Positions 29,560 to 41,675 of a stretch of 64,000 bases of DNA are shown piece after piece. The notes below the pieces were generated by a model. The model made no database searches, had not been told where the DNA came from, and saw only the letters and a program-made list of their open reading frames with translations. Every line of letters begins with the position of its first letter. Positions within the stretch are counted from its first letter, which is position 1. The stretch comes from Planktothrix sp. GU0601_MAG3 (lineage in GTDB: Bacteria; Cyanobacteriota; Cyanobacteriia; Cyanobacteriales; Microcoleaceae). Location: the NCBI GenBank assembly GCA_035193785.1, contig CP136572.1:1280001-1344000 (forward strand). The letters run 5' to 3'. A program made the translations under genes and the position numbers.

Positions 29560-32500
29560 CTACTCCCCCTGCTCCCGATAAAGTTTCTCAAACGCATCAT
29601 ACATTTCCCTTGCTAATTTTTTAGGATTCCATAATGGAGCTAAGGAATTCTGGTTTTGAGATTGAACTAAATGGGATTTAATTTGATAACGTAAATTAGC
29701 ATCTAAACCTAGTTTAATCCCTAATTCCGTATATTCTTCCCAAGTCCAAGCCGCACCAATATCAAGATTAACGGCTTTTAAAAACGAGTAACCCATGCGA
29801 GATAAATATTGTTCTCCAGCCCGAGTTATTATTGGTAAATTAGCCGATAGAGCTTCTAAATTATGGGTTCCTCCATTATAGGGATAGGAGTCTAATAGGG
29901 CATCCGCTACATAATAAATCGCTCGATGTTCTTCTTCAGTTTTGGTTAACCCAATAAAAATCACTCGACCTTGATCAACATTCTGTTTAATACAAACTTG
30001 GTGATAAAGTTCTCGAATTAAATTATTATCTCCTTGACCTTTCCTAAGTAATACACTATTGGGAACTCCTTGGAGAATTTTAACCTGAGCTTCAATCATT
30101 TCTAAGTTGGTTTTTCGCCCCGGAGCCACACATAAATAAACTATTTGATCCGGCTGAATATTTAAACCTTTTCTCACAGCATTTCTATCCACAGGACGGC
30201 TTTTAAAAGGTTCTAAAGCGACGGAAGTATTCGGTAAACGAATTAACTTTTCTAAATAATGTTTTTCAATCCCTGGGGGATGGCTATATTGATCACAAAA
30301 GAAATAGTTATCCGGTGAAACATAAGGCGCATCAAACCCCAACCAAGACACACAAACCGGGGCAGGTCTACGATAGAATATCTGAACATTGGTAGGCACG
30401 GTCATGGAGTCCAAATCCACTAAAACATCTAACCGATCTTTGAGAATTTCTGCGGTTAATTCTTCTGGGGAACCAAACCCATTAGGAAAGGATTTTGGCC
30501 AGTAGAATTTCGCCGCTATTTGTTCAAATCTTTGGGTAACTTCATCCGTTGGTAACTGTCCGGTTACATAAATATAAATATGGGGAGAAATTAGGGACAA
30601 TTCTTTGATTAAGTTTTCACTGCACCAGCCCACAGAATGCCGTCGAAAGTGTTTAGAAATCAAGCCAATTCTCAGGGGTTTTGAACTCGTTTTTTCGGGA
30701 ATAATGGCGTACTGGGGCGAGGAGACACCACTGAAGCGATGTTTGGCATATTGTTGGGCAATTAAGCGATATAATTTGGCATTAGCTTCTAAATCATCCC
30801 GCAGGTGGGAAACCGTAAATAGGAGAATTTCATAGAGAATAATTACTTCTGAAAGCTCTAATTTATCGGGATCTTGATAACAGATTTTTTCTAATTCTAT
30901 GAGTTTTTCTAGCGCCTGTTGACAAGCTCCCGATTGACTATAGGCAAAAATATAGGCAATTGCCGATAAAACCGGAACTTGATCCCCACATTTCTGACAA
31001 TATAAATCCGACATTTCTCGAGCTTTTGCTAAATTGGTGGAATGGCTGAGTAAATCACACAATTGTTGATAGGCTTCGACAAAATTCGGTTTCAGTTTCA
31101 ATCGCTTTTTCTAAATTAATTAGGGCTTCTGAAGGTTGATCATGTTTGCGAATATGGGCTAATCGACAATGAAGTTCTGCCCAATCTGGTTGTAAAGCTA
31201 GGGCCTGTTCAAAGTTTTGAATTGCGGCTCCTACGTCCCCAATCCTAGCATAAATATTCGCAATATTGGCATAACTATCAATAGAATCGGGTTTAAGTTT
31301 GATCGATTGTTGATAGTGATAAATAGCCTGTTCCGATTCCCCTTTATTCGAGAAAATATGACCAAGATAGAGATGGGGCTGGGGTAAATCGGGCTTAATT
31401 TCAATGGCTTTTTGATAATATTGAATCGCCTCTTGTTCTTGTCCTTGTTGCGATCGCACACTTGCTAGATTAGCATAGACTTCTGCCCACTGGGGTTTTA
31501 AAGCGATCGCCCGTTGATAATTTTTAGCTGCTTCATCCCAAAGACTGCGACGGGCTAAACTATTGCCAAATTCAAAGTTAAATTCGGCTTCCACTAAATT
31601 CGGTTGTAATTCTAAGGCTTTTTGCCAAGCGGCAATAGATTCATCAACCCGACCTACGGTTTGAAAAACCTTGCCTAAATTCCAGTAAACCGCCGCCAAA
31701 TTAGGATTAAGTTCTAAGGCTTTTTGATAACTCAAAATTGCCTGTTCCCACCGTTGCATTTTAAACAACATGGTTCCCACATTGGCATGGATTTCGGCAA
31801 AATCTGGTTGCAGTTCTAAGGCTTGAAAATAAGCCCGTAATGCCGCTTCTATTTTGCCTTGGAATTGCAGAATATTACCCAGGGTTAAATAGGCGGGTAA
31901 GTAATCCGGTTGTAATTTTAAGGCTTGATGACAAGCGACGAGTGCTTGATCATAAAACCCTTGCCCCATAAGAACTTCAGCTTGTTGTTTATAGTGTTGA
32001 ACTTCTAAGTTTTCGCTATCTTTTTCTGGGAGATTGTTCACCAAAAACTGTTGATTTTCAGAGGCAACTAAAGCCGTTTCAATATAGGATTCGGATCGGG
32101 ATTGGAATGCGGTTTCTATTCCGGCACTAGCTAGTTCTACTCCCCCTTCATAAAACCCCTGATTCTCGCCTTTAACCTCACCAGCCGCTTGAAACTTTAA
32201 TTGCAGTAGTCGGTTTAGTTCCTGATGGGTAAAGGCTTGTTGAGGATTTAGTTTAATGGCTTTTTTATAGCAATCAATTGCTTGATTGATCTGATTTATT
32301 TTAACCAAATTTTCAGCTAGTTTTAAATAAAAAACTTCTTTATTTGGTTGTAATTCTATGGCTTTTTGATAATAATTAATTGCAGAATCAATTTCCCCCT
32401 GTTTTGTGAGTAAATTTCCGATCATCCAATGAATCAATCCTTGATTGGGATTAATTTCTATTGCTTTTTGATAACAGGAGAACGCTCGATCTAAACGTTC

Positions 32501-32863
32501 TTTAATAAAATAAATACTGCCTAAATTAGCATGGGCTTCTGTAAAATTAGGTTGTATTTCCAGAGCTTGGGCATAGGCCCAAATCGCTAAATCTAAGCGA
32601 GATTGAATATAGAGGGCATTGCCCACCACCAAATACGCAGAAGCTAAATCCGGTCGTAAATTCAGGGCTTGATGTAAATAGTTAATTCCGTCTTCTTCCC
32701 TACCGACTAAAATATAAACTTCCGCCAGTCTTTTATAAACTTCTGCATCTTGGGCATCAATCCCTAAAGCCTGCTGAAATACATGAATTGCAGCTTCCAA
32801 ATTTCCTAATTCTTTAAGCTGAATTCCTTGTTTTAATAGGGAAGAAACCGAATCTAAACTCAC
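29560..32863 (-). CDS. TPR-containing O-GlcNAc transferase (SPINDLY/GT41-like), frameshift at ~31097
   Basis: Many TPRs, then LRIGLISKHFRRHSVG, DVLVDL, PVCVSWLG, LDSYPYNGGTHNLEAL and SRMG. The join reads AIELKPN. Confidence 0.9.
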
Positions 32864-33016
32864 AATTCACTCTCCAATCACGAATCAAATGCCCACGTTA
32901 ATCAGTATACCAATCAGTCGGTTAGTGTTGACAACTTCTTTGTGTTCGTTGTGTCTTTATGGTTAAATTAGACTTGACTGCAATTTAAAACAACCCTTAA
33001 TTGAGGATAAATTAAA

Positions 33017-33727
33017 ATGAGCCAACCAGATCCTGTAACATTAATGAAACAGTATGTGGGCAAAGCCGCCGCCGACCGAGTACAATCAGGAACGATTGTT
33101 GGACTCGGAACTGGTTCCACCACAGCTTATGCGATTCAGTATATTGGAGAACGGCTCCAAAGTGGAGAACTCAAAGATATTAAAGGGATTCCGACCTCGT
33201 TTCAAGCCACGGTATTAGCCAAACAATATGGCATTCCATTAACCACATTAGATGAAGTGGATCACATCGATATTGCCATTGATGGTGCTGACGAAGTTGA
33301 TCCGCAAAAGAATTTAATTAAAGGGGGTGGAGCCGCCCATACTCGGGAGAAAATTGTTGATAGTTTGGCGGAAGTTTTTGTTGTGGTTGTCGATAATTCT
33401 AAACTGGTTGATCGACTCGGATCAACTTTTTTATTACCCGTTGAAGTGATTCCCATGGCGATGACTCCAGTAATGAAAGCCCTGGAAAAATTAGGGGGAA
33501 AACCGACCCTAAGAATGGGGGTAAAAAAAGCTGGGCCAGTGGTGACTGATGAAGGAAATTTGGTGATTGATGTCAAATTTGATCTGCTGGAAAATCCCGC
33601 CGAATTAGAAAAAGAAATCAATAATATTCCTGGGGTTTTAGATAATGGTTTATTTGTGGGGGTTGCAGATATAATTCTTGTCGGTGAAGTGATCGACGGA
33701 CAAGCGAAAGTTCGAGAAATTTTATAA
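33017..33727 (+). CDS. rpiA: Ribose-5-phosphate isomerase A
   Basis: GLGTGST, DGADEVD, IKGGGAA..REK. Confidence 0.97.
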   Translation: MSQPDPVTLMKQYVGKAAADRVQSGTIVGLGTGSTTAYAIQYIGERLQSGELKDIKGIPTSFQATVLAKQYGIPLTTLDEVDHIDIAIDGADEVDPQKNLIKGGGAAHTREKIVDSLAEVFVVVVDNSKLVDRLGSTFLLPVEVIPMAMTPVMKALEKLGGKPTLRMGVKKAGPVVTDEGNLVIDVKFDLLENPAELEKEINNIPGVLDNGLFVGVADIILVGEVIDGQAKVREIL

Positions 33728-33905
33728 CCTTAAATAACCTATAGCAATCCTAATCAACCTCTGACTTTCTCAGAAATCCTTGTCGGGGTGGGTTTATTCA
33801 AGTCTTCTGTTGGTAACAGAGATTGTTTTGAAACCCGCCCCTACTAATTAATCAAGTCTTTAAGCACTATGGGAAAAATCACGATTAACCCGGTTTTCGA
33901 CCTAA

Positions 33906-35033
33906 CTATTCCGGGATAATTTCTGTGACCACAGGGGTTCCCGTATTCCCGCCACTAACAACAATTGTATCATTTTCAAACCGTCCCACGGCCTTTTCTC
34001 CCATCAAACTAAAGGGGGGATCAATTTGACGGTAGACCACGTTTCCCTCTGCGGAAAAAGACTGTTCAACAATCGACCAATTTACTGTATTAGCATTAAG
34101 TTGGACTTGACGTTTTTGACCAATTCCGACCACATTTCCGGTTAAATAAAAGATATTATTTTTCAAATCTCCCCATCCTTGATTCGCGGTTAAAGTGACT
34201 TGCTGCTCTCGTTCAATAATGGTAATAAACTGGGGAGAACTAATACTTTGTTTCTCATAGTTCCATTGTAATTCCTGACTAGAAATTTGTAAAGGTGGTT
34301 GAGATAAAGCGATTTGAGCATTCTTTTTGAGAGTCCCAATTTTAGTTTTTAAATTCATTTCTGCGGTTTCCGCCACCCCCCGGTCTGTAATAGTTTGGTT
34401 TTGATAGCGCTCAATTTCGGTTTTCATATTACTGGTTAAAAGTTGTGGTTCCATTTGCCAAATAATATGATCACTTTGTAACTTAACAACCGGATCTTTT
34501 GCGCTCACGGTGGCTTTATCCCAAAATTCTACTCGTTTTTGGCGATAAAATACCTGAACTTCCCGAGCTACCGCTTGCAATTGAGCATGATCTCCGGTGA
34601 CTCCATTGCGCACTACAATAATATATTGCTGCACAATCCATTCTAGTTCTTTTCCCTTTAAAACTAGACCCGTATTTGGATCGGTAGCCACAACATTATT
34701 GCGTAAAAAAATACGTTTGCTATTCTGTTCAAATTCTCCCTGATCGGCTCTAATTTTATAGAGTAATTTTCCCCCATCGTATAATTCACCAACGGGATTT
34801 TTCACCGTTGCCATTTTCCTGTCTTTACTATAACTAACCTGCTTGGCTTTAATTTTCCATAACAATTTTCCCTGATCATCCGCCTGTTCTAAGGTGACGT
34901 CATCTAAGGTTAAAGTGCGTTCAAATTCTTCAGAAGGCTTAGATTTAGAATCCGTCGAGATCTGTTCAACATTTTTTGGGGAGCAGGCAGAAATTCCGAC
35001 TAAAATAATTACCCAAACCAGTAACAACCGCAT
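33906..35033 (-). CDS. lptC: LPS export periplasmic protein LptC (cyanobacterial long form)
   Basis: Lipobox-like ISAC, LEQADDQGKLLWKIKA and beta-jellyroll-like repeats. Confidence 0.75.
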   Translation of the reverse strand: MRLLLVWVIILVGISACSPKNVEQISTDSKSKPSEEFERTLTLDDVTLEQADDQGKLLWKIKAKQVSYSKDRKMATVKNPVGELYDGGKLLYKIRADQGEFEQNSKRIFLRNNVVATDPNTGLVLKGKELEWIVQQYIIVVRNGVTGDHAQLQAVAREVQVFYRQKRVEFWDKATVSAKDPVVKLQSDHIIWQMEPQLLTSNMKTEIERYQNQTITDRGVAETAEMNLKTKIGTLKKNAQIALSQPPLQISSQELQWNYEKQSISSPQFITIIEREQQVTLTANQGWGDLKNNIFYLTGNVVGIGQKRQVQLNANTVNWSIVEQSFSAEGNVVYRQIDPPFSLMGEKAVGRFENDTIVVSGGNTGTPVVTEIIPE

Positions 35034-35125
35034 CTAATTTTAATAATTTAGGAATTCAGAAACTCAGAAACAAACGGAATAAAAACCAGTCTAAGCCGGC
35101 TTTTACCCCGTTGGTTTTTCTCGGA

Positions 35126-35738
35126 CTACTCCTCAATTATTTGCCCATCAATTAAACTAATTCCTGATAGGGGACGATAGCTATAACTGTGACTGCGGGG
35201 GGTTTTTTGGATTTCTTCTTTGATCATTTCTAAATCAATATAGCGATCGGCGACATTAATTAAACTATCACTGGTCATTGCTCGTAAACTCACCACTTCC
35301 ACCCGCACTCCGCGATAACTCACGGAGTCCACCGCATAGGCTAAATCTCCATCACCACTGACTAAAACCGCCGTGTCATAGGAACCCACTAAGGCCATCA
35401 TATCAACGGCGATTTCTACATCCAAATTGGCTTTTTTAGAAACCATCGGGAAGTTGAACTAAATCTTTAGAAATCACCCGATAGCCATTCCGTCGCATCC
35501 ACAATAAAAAGCCCTGTTGCTTCTCATTGGTGCGATCAACTCCCGTATAAAAAAAGGAACGTAACAACCGAGATCCGGCGGTTAAACGACACAATAATTT
35601 GCTGTAATCAATTTCAATTCCTAGTTGCAAAGCTGCATAAAATAGATTAGAACCATCAATAAAGATGGCAACTCTGCCCCTGTTTTCCAGAACTTGTTCG
35701 GGAGTAAACAGTTCTCCAGTGGTGATATGATTGAACAT
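35126..35738 (-). CDS. NYN-domain LabA-like protein (frameshift at ~35441)
   Basis: AIFIDGSNLFY; join LPDGSKKANLDVEIAVD; LVSGDGD. Confidence 0.88.
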
Positions 35739-35851
35739 TTCTATACCTCTTTTTTTATGAAAAAATGATCCGAGTACGGGTAAAGTAAACCAACTGAAAT
35801 TGATGTTTTATGTTAAACTAGGCTATCATTAAAACCGGGTTAAAATTAGGA

Positions 35852-37460
35852 TTACACCTCCTCCACATCCTCTAACTCCAAGTGTTTAAAGACAGGTTGC
35901 CCTTCCTCTAGGGTTTGATTGGCGGGCAACACGCCCCAAATGCTCTGGGTTTCAAAAGATAGTGATGTCGTCAGTATAGTCTGGTCATTAAAATCGACGG
36001 CATATCCCAATTGTTGATAAATTCGAGTGCTAATATTGGGAATAATTGGGGACAAAAGATAGGACGATAGGCGAACCGACTCCAAAACCGAGTAAATAAT
36101 TTGAGCAACCGCTTCTTGTTTTCCTTGTTTATAAAGACTCCAAGGAGCTTGTTCATCAATATATTTATTCCCGGCTTGAATCAGGCTGAAAACAGCTTGA
36201 CAAACTTCGCTAAACGCTAGAGAATTGTATGCTTGAGTCACCGTATTTGCTAAGGTTAGACCAAGGGATTTGAGTGCATCTTCCTGGGGGATATCCTCAC
36301 TCTTAACATTAGGAACACAACCGTTAAAATATTTATGCGCCATTTTCAGCGTGCGGTTGAGTAAGTTTCCTAAGCCATTGGCTAGATTAGCATTAACCGT
36401 ATGAACAAACCGAGTCTGACTGTAATCACCATCCTGTCCAAATTCTATCTCTTTCAAAAAATAAAAGCGAATAGCATCTGAACCATACTGATTGACTAAA
36501 GCCACGGGATCAAGCGTATTTCCTAAACTTTTGCCCATCTTCTTCCCATCTTTGGTTAAAAAACCGTGTCCAAATATACGACTGGGTAGAGATAAACCTG
36601 CGGACATCAACATAGCCGGCCAGTAAATGGCGTGGAAACCTTAAAATATCCTTACCAATCAGGTGCAAACCAATCGGCCACCATTTGGATAAAGCATTAT
36701 CTAAGGTGGGTTCATCTTCGGGATCAAGTAAAGCGGTTACATATCCCAATAAGGCATCAAACCAAACATAAATCGTATGACTCGGATCGGTGGGAATGGG
36801 AAATCCCCAGTCAATGTTAACGCGGGAAATCGAAAAATCCTGTAGTCCCCGCTTCACGAAGTTCACGACCTCGTTGCGCCTACTTTCCGGCTGAATAAAC
36901 TCAGGACACTCTTGATATAAAGTTTCTAACTGTTGCTGATAATTAGATAAGCGGAAAAAATAGTTCTGCTCATCCCTCCATTCTACTACTTTATTCGTAT
37001 GAATGGGGCAGAATTTTCCGGGTGCTAATTCCCGTTCTTCTTTGTATTCTTCACAGGCGACACAATACCAACCCTGCTGCTGGCTGAGGTAGATATCCCC
37101 TTTATCCCAAACCCGTTGAAAAAACTCTTTGACAATGGCTTCGTGACGGGGTGCCGTCGTCCGACTAAAGCGATCATACTGAATATTAAACCGCTCCCAC
37201 AAGGAGGCGAAACTAGAGGCAACTTGATCACAATGATCCTGGGGCAAACGACCTAACTCCTCCGCCGTCCGTTCGATTTTTTGACCGTGTTCATCAGTGC
37301 CAGTAATTAGGAGAACGGATTTTCCCTGGAGGCGTTGAAATCGAGCGATTGCATCAGCCGCCATTGTTGTGTAAGCACTACCAATGTGAGGAACATCATT
37401 GACATAATAAAGGGGTGTTGTAAGAGCAAAGGTATTTAAAGGGTTTTGTGTCAATTTCAT
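35852..37460 (-). CDS. metG: Methionyl-tRNA synthetase (frameshift at ~36637)
   Basis: PHIGSAY (HIGH), GTDEHG, YVWFDAL; join GKDILRFHAIYWP; KMGKS (KMSKS). Confidence 0.97.
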
Positions 37461-37764
37461 TTAGATTTATTGATTTAAAGAAGTTTTAATCGGATCTAGG
37501 GGTTATGATTCCCAGTGAATCTTACTTTATTATCGATGATTGCTAAATTCTACAGGAGTAGACATTGGCAAGGCGCGATCTTTAAACCCACAGATTATAA
37601 TACGTTCTTTAAAAATTATCCAAAATTCTCAAACAAGTCTTAACTTTCTGGTCAAAAATATAACCAAATATTATGACCAATATTAAACAATTAAACATTT
37701 TGGGGTCTCCGGTTGGGTAGTCCAGGGCACTAAAAATAAATCACCGATCACCGATCACGGTAGG

Positions 37765-39096
37765 ATGAACCATGACGCTATGCCATCACTACTATCCATG
37801 ACCTACGACCAATCCGCCGAACAGCTATTAGAGTTAGCTGCCGCATCGGGCGCTGAGGCTGCGGAAGTGTTTCAATCTCAATCCCTATCCAAGCCGATTT
37901 TTTTTGAAGCCAATCGACTCAAACAACTGGAAACTAGCCAATCGGAAGGGACAACCCTGCGACTGTGGCGAGATGGACGTCCGGGTTTGGCCGTTGCCTA
38001 TGGGCCAGTGGAACCGGAAAAATTAGTCACCCGGGCGCTGGCTTTAAGTACCCTAAATCAGCCGGAAACCATTGAATTAACTGAATCCAAGACTCAATCC
38101 ACCTATCCCGATATTGGGGAAACCGTACCCGTTGAACAATTGATCAGTTGGGGGAAACAGGCGATCGCATTAATTCGGGCTTCCTATCCTGAAGTCCTAT
38201 GTGCAGCCGAATGGGATTGCGAAGTCGAATCAATTCGCTTGATTAACTCCCGGGGACTTGAATGTAGCCACACCGACACCACCCTCAGTGGCTATATGGA
38301 AACCGAATGGGTACGCAAGGATGATTTTTTATATGTTTCCGATGGCCAAACCCAACGGGATATACTCGATCCCAACCTCCTCGCCCAACGGATTTTAATG
38401 CGCTTAAATTGGGCGAAGAATAATGTGCCTTCTCCCGTTGGTCGGATTCCGGTGTTATTTACCGCTAAAGCCGCCGATATGCTCTGGGGAACCCTTTCGG
38501 CTGCTTTGAATGGGAAACAGGTCTTGGAGGGGGCTTCTCCTTGGAGTGATCGCCTAAATACCCCCGTCGTATCTCCCCTGTTAACCCTATATCAAGAACC
38601 CGATGCCGGGCCCTTTAGTTGTCCCTTTGATGATGAAGGGATACCCACCCGTCCGATTACTTTTATTCAAAATGGAGTTTTAAAACTATTTTATACCGAC
38701 TTAACCACGGGTCGCACCCTGGGAAGTGGTACAACGGGAAACGGATTTAGAACCCATTTAGGCAGTTATCCCACCCCTGGTTTATTTAATCTTTTATTAC
38801 AACCGGGTAAAAGTTCTTTAGCTGAGTTAATTAAAGGTTTAGATCGGGGTTTAATTGTCGATCAAATGTTGGGAGAAAGTGCGGGAATTAGTGGGGATTT
38901 TTCGATTAATGTGGATTTAGGATATCGAGTTGAAAAGGGCGAAATTGTCGGACGGGTAAAAAATACCATGGTCGCCGGAAATGTTTACACCGCCCTTAAA
39001 CAAGTTATAGAATTAGGGGGTGATGCCTCTTGGAATGGTTCCTGTTATACTCCTTCTATTATTCTTGAAGGGTTATCCGTTACGGGGAAGGGTTAA
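37765..39096 (+). CDS. TldD/PmbA-family protein (PmbA-like)
   Basis: GAEAAEVF, PFDDEG, SGDFS, GYRVEKGEIVG and TPSI, with no HExxH motif. Confidence 0.85.
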   Translation: MNHDAMPSLLSMTYDQSAEQLLELAAASGAEAAEVFQSQSLSKPIFFEANRLKQLETSQSEGTTLRLWRDGRPGLAVAYGPVEPEKLVTRALALSTLNQPETIELTESKTQSTYPDIGETVPVEQLISWGKQAIALIRASYPEVLCAAEWDCEVESIRLINSRGLECSHTDTTLSGYMETEWVRKDDFLYVSDGQTQRDILDPNLLAQRILMRLNWAKNNVPSPVGRIPVLFTAKAADMLWGTLSAALNGKQVLEGASPWSDRLNTPVVSPLLTLYQEPDAGPFSCPFDDEGIPTRPITFIQNGVLKLFYTDLTTGRTLGSGTTGNGFRTHLGSYPTPGLFNLLLQPGKSSLAELIKGLDRGLIVDQMLGESAGISGDFSINVDLGYRVEKGEIVGRVKNTMVAGNVYTALKQVIELGGDASWNGSCYTPSIILEGLSVTGKG

Positions 39097-39167
39097 TAGG
39101 GAATTACGAATTACGAATTACGAATTACCCATTCCCTTAAAATACTATCTACTAAAAAACCATAATT

Positions 39168-39866
39168 ATGATTGAATTCAATCAATTTGAAGCCTTGAGT
39201 TTTGATTGCTACGGCACTTTAATTGATTGGGAAAGCGGAATTACTCCGGTTTTACAACAATTGGTTAATGCCCATGGAATTGAGATGAGTAATCAACAGT
39301 TACTTGAATTATTTGCTATATTGGAACCGGAAGCCCAAACTGGAGAATATAAAACCTATCGGCAAATTCTCCGAGAAGTTGTGCAGAAGTTCGGAGAACG
39401 TTTGGGGTTTTCTCCGACTCCCAAGGAATTAGAAAGTTTAGCCAATTCTATTCAAGATTGGCAACCCTTTCCTGATACGATAGCAGCACTGAAAGCCTTA
39501 AAACAAAAGTATAAATTAGTGATTATTTCCAATATTGATGATGATTTATTTGCCCAAACTAACCAACATTTGCAAATAGAATTTGATTATATTATTACGG
39601 CACAACAAGCTCAATCCTATAAACCTTCTGCCCATAATTTTCAATTCGCCTTCAATAAAACGGGGATTTCTCCTGATAAATTACTGCACGTTGCCCAAAG
39701 TATTTTCCATGATATTGTTACAGCAAATAGTTTAGGATTAACAACAGTTTGGGTTAATCGTCGTCAAGGACAACCCGGAGGAGGAGCAACGAAAGCTGCG
39801 ATCGCCCAACCAGATTTAGAAGTACCGGATTTAAAAAGTTTAGTTGACTTGATTTTTGAGGTTTAG
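39168..39866 (+). CDS. Haloacid dehalogenase type II-like HAD hydrolase
   Basis: FDCYGTLIDW, IISN, SYKP, LHVAQS..HD. Confidence 0.88.
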   Translation: MIEFNQFEALSFDCYGTLIDWESGITPVLQQLVNAHGIEMSNQQLLELFAILEPEAQTGEYKTYRQILREVVQKFGERLGFSPTPKELESLANSIQDWQPFPDTIAALKALKQKYKLVIISNIDDDLFAQTNQHLQIEFDYIITAQQAQSYKPSAHNFQFAFNKTGISPDKLLHVAQSIFHDIVTANSLGLTTVWVNRRQGQPGGGATKAAIAQPDLEVPDLKSLVDLIFEV

Positions 39867-39996
39867 AAAATAAAGTCAGGTTTTGGATGGGTTTTAGCTG
39901 ATTTAGGATACAGAATCTCAGATTGACATTCAGCCAAGAAAGAATTACAATCTCTTTAATATAGATATCCTCTTATCTCCTCACCCCTTAACTGTT

Positions 39997-41659
39997 ATGA
40001 ATAAACTAAAACTTTTGAAATTAGCTAAACAAGGAAATTCTGAAGCTATTTCTATTTTATTAAGTCGTAAGTTAAGTACAAAAGAAATTGTTGTAAAAGT
40101 TTTTATTAAACAAGGTTGTTTAAATATTATACTAGAGTCAAATACAGTCCCGAATCAAGAGATTTGGGGAAAATTGATATCTAAGTTAATTGATTATTTG
40201 GGTTTAACTTTTATCGAGCAGGTCAAAATTTCTGCAAAGAAAGCAGGTGAAGATATAATAGAATGGAGCCAAACATTTGAACAATTACAAAAAAATGCCT
40301 CTCAAACAGTTCAGGAAATTAAAAATCCAGGAGAAAATACCAAAGAAAATATACATAAATTTGTTGAATTTTTTACAAATCCTCCTGTAACTTTTAATCC
40401 ATTTACATCAAAATTGAATCCTTTTATCAGTACACCTGTTCTACCCTATGGTTTCTTTGCTGTGGCATTTACAAACCAGGGAAAAACCTTGATTTGCAGT
40501 AAAGGCGATGGTAGTATAATATTTTGGAATTGGTTAAATAGTAAACTTGTTAAAATAGGTGCCGATAAACAGCAAAACTTCGTTGAATTAAAATGTCACA
40601 AGAAAACAATAACTGCATTTGATGTTAGTCTGAATGAAAAGTTTTTAGTAACTGCAAGTGAAAATGAACCCATCAAATTATGGGATCTAATCAATCGAAA
40701 AATAATTTGTACTTTTGGCGACAAATTAAATTCAGTTCAAGTTATTAAATTTAGTCCTAATAGTGAATTATCGGCAAGCGCAGAAGCAGATAACCGGATC
40801 AAGATTTGGAATATTAAATCTCAGCTAGAAATTTTAAATTTATCCAGCGATGTCAACTCTATTCGTTTCTCTTTGCTTTAGTGAAAATAGCGAGTTTTTA
40901 GCTGGTGCTAGTGATGATGGAAGTATCAAAATCTGGAATTTAAGCACTGGAAAAACTGTTCGTAGTTTTCCAGGTCATAACGGTGGAACTCATTGTATTT
41001 TGTTTAATTCTAAAAAGCAAATTATAATTAGTGGTGGTCACGACTGCTTGATTAAAATATGGGATGTTAAAACAGGTGAGCTTATCTATGAAATGAATGG
41101 ACATGAAGCCGCGATTACTTGTTTAGCAATTAGTTCTGATCAAAAAAACTTAGTAAGTGGAAGTTTTGATAAAACTATTAAAATCTGGAATTTTAATAAG
41201 AAAAAAATGATTTCCACGATTCATAATCACTCAGAAGTTATTACTTCTTTGGCTTTTAGTCCGACAAACAAGATATTAGCTAGTAGCAGTATTGATGAAT
41301 CTGTAAAAGTATGGGACATTAATTTTTTAAATAATAAATCAAAATTATGGATAAAGTTCTCTGGGGTAATTTTATTTTCTGTTATATTATTTAGCTTGAA
41401 TTTATTTATTTTAAACAATAATAACAAAAATCAATGTTTAAATTTTTTGTTGGATTGTATTAATCAAACTCCCTATGGTACAGCAATAATTTTATTGTTA
41501 AATATTACCTTTGTTTTATCAGTATTTATTTCGTTAACTATACTTTTAAAAATTTACAGTCCTCCATTAAGAGCTATTTTGTCAGTAGTCAAAACACCAA
41601 CTTTTATGAAAATAGTAGAATTTATTCAAATATCTGGGTCTCTATTTTTGGGTGACTAA
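39997..41659 (+). CDS. WD40-repeat protein with C-terminal TM segments (frameshift at ~40867)
   Basis: N-terminal LAKQGNSEAI domain, repeated GH..S.D..IKIW units and two hydrophobic C-terminal stretches; visibly AT-rich. Confidence 0.85.
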
Positions 41660-41675
41660 CACAATTAAATATTAT

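Noticed and set aside
39997..41659. WD40 gene as part of, or an effector of, the CIS cluster
   Set aside because: It is on the opposite strand, convergent with the cluster, and of a common cyanobacterial type. Nothing links it beyond adjacency.
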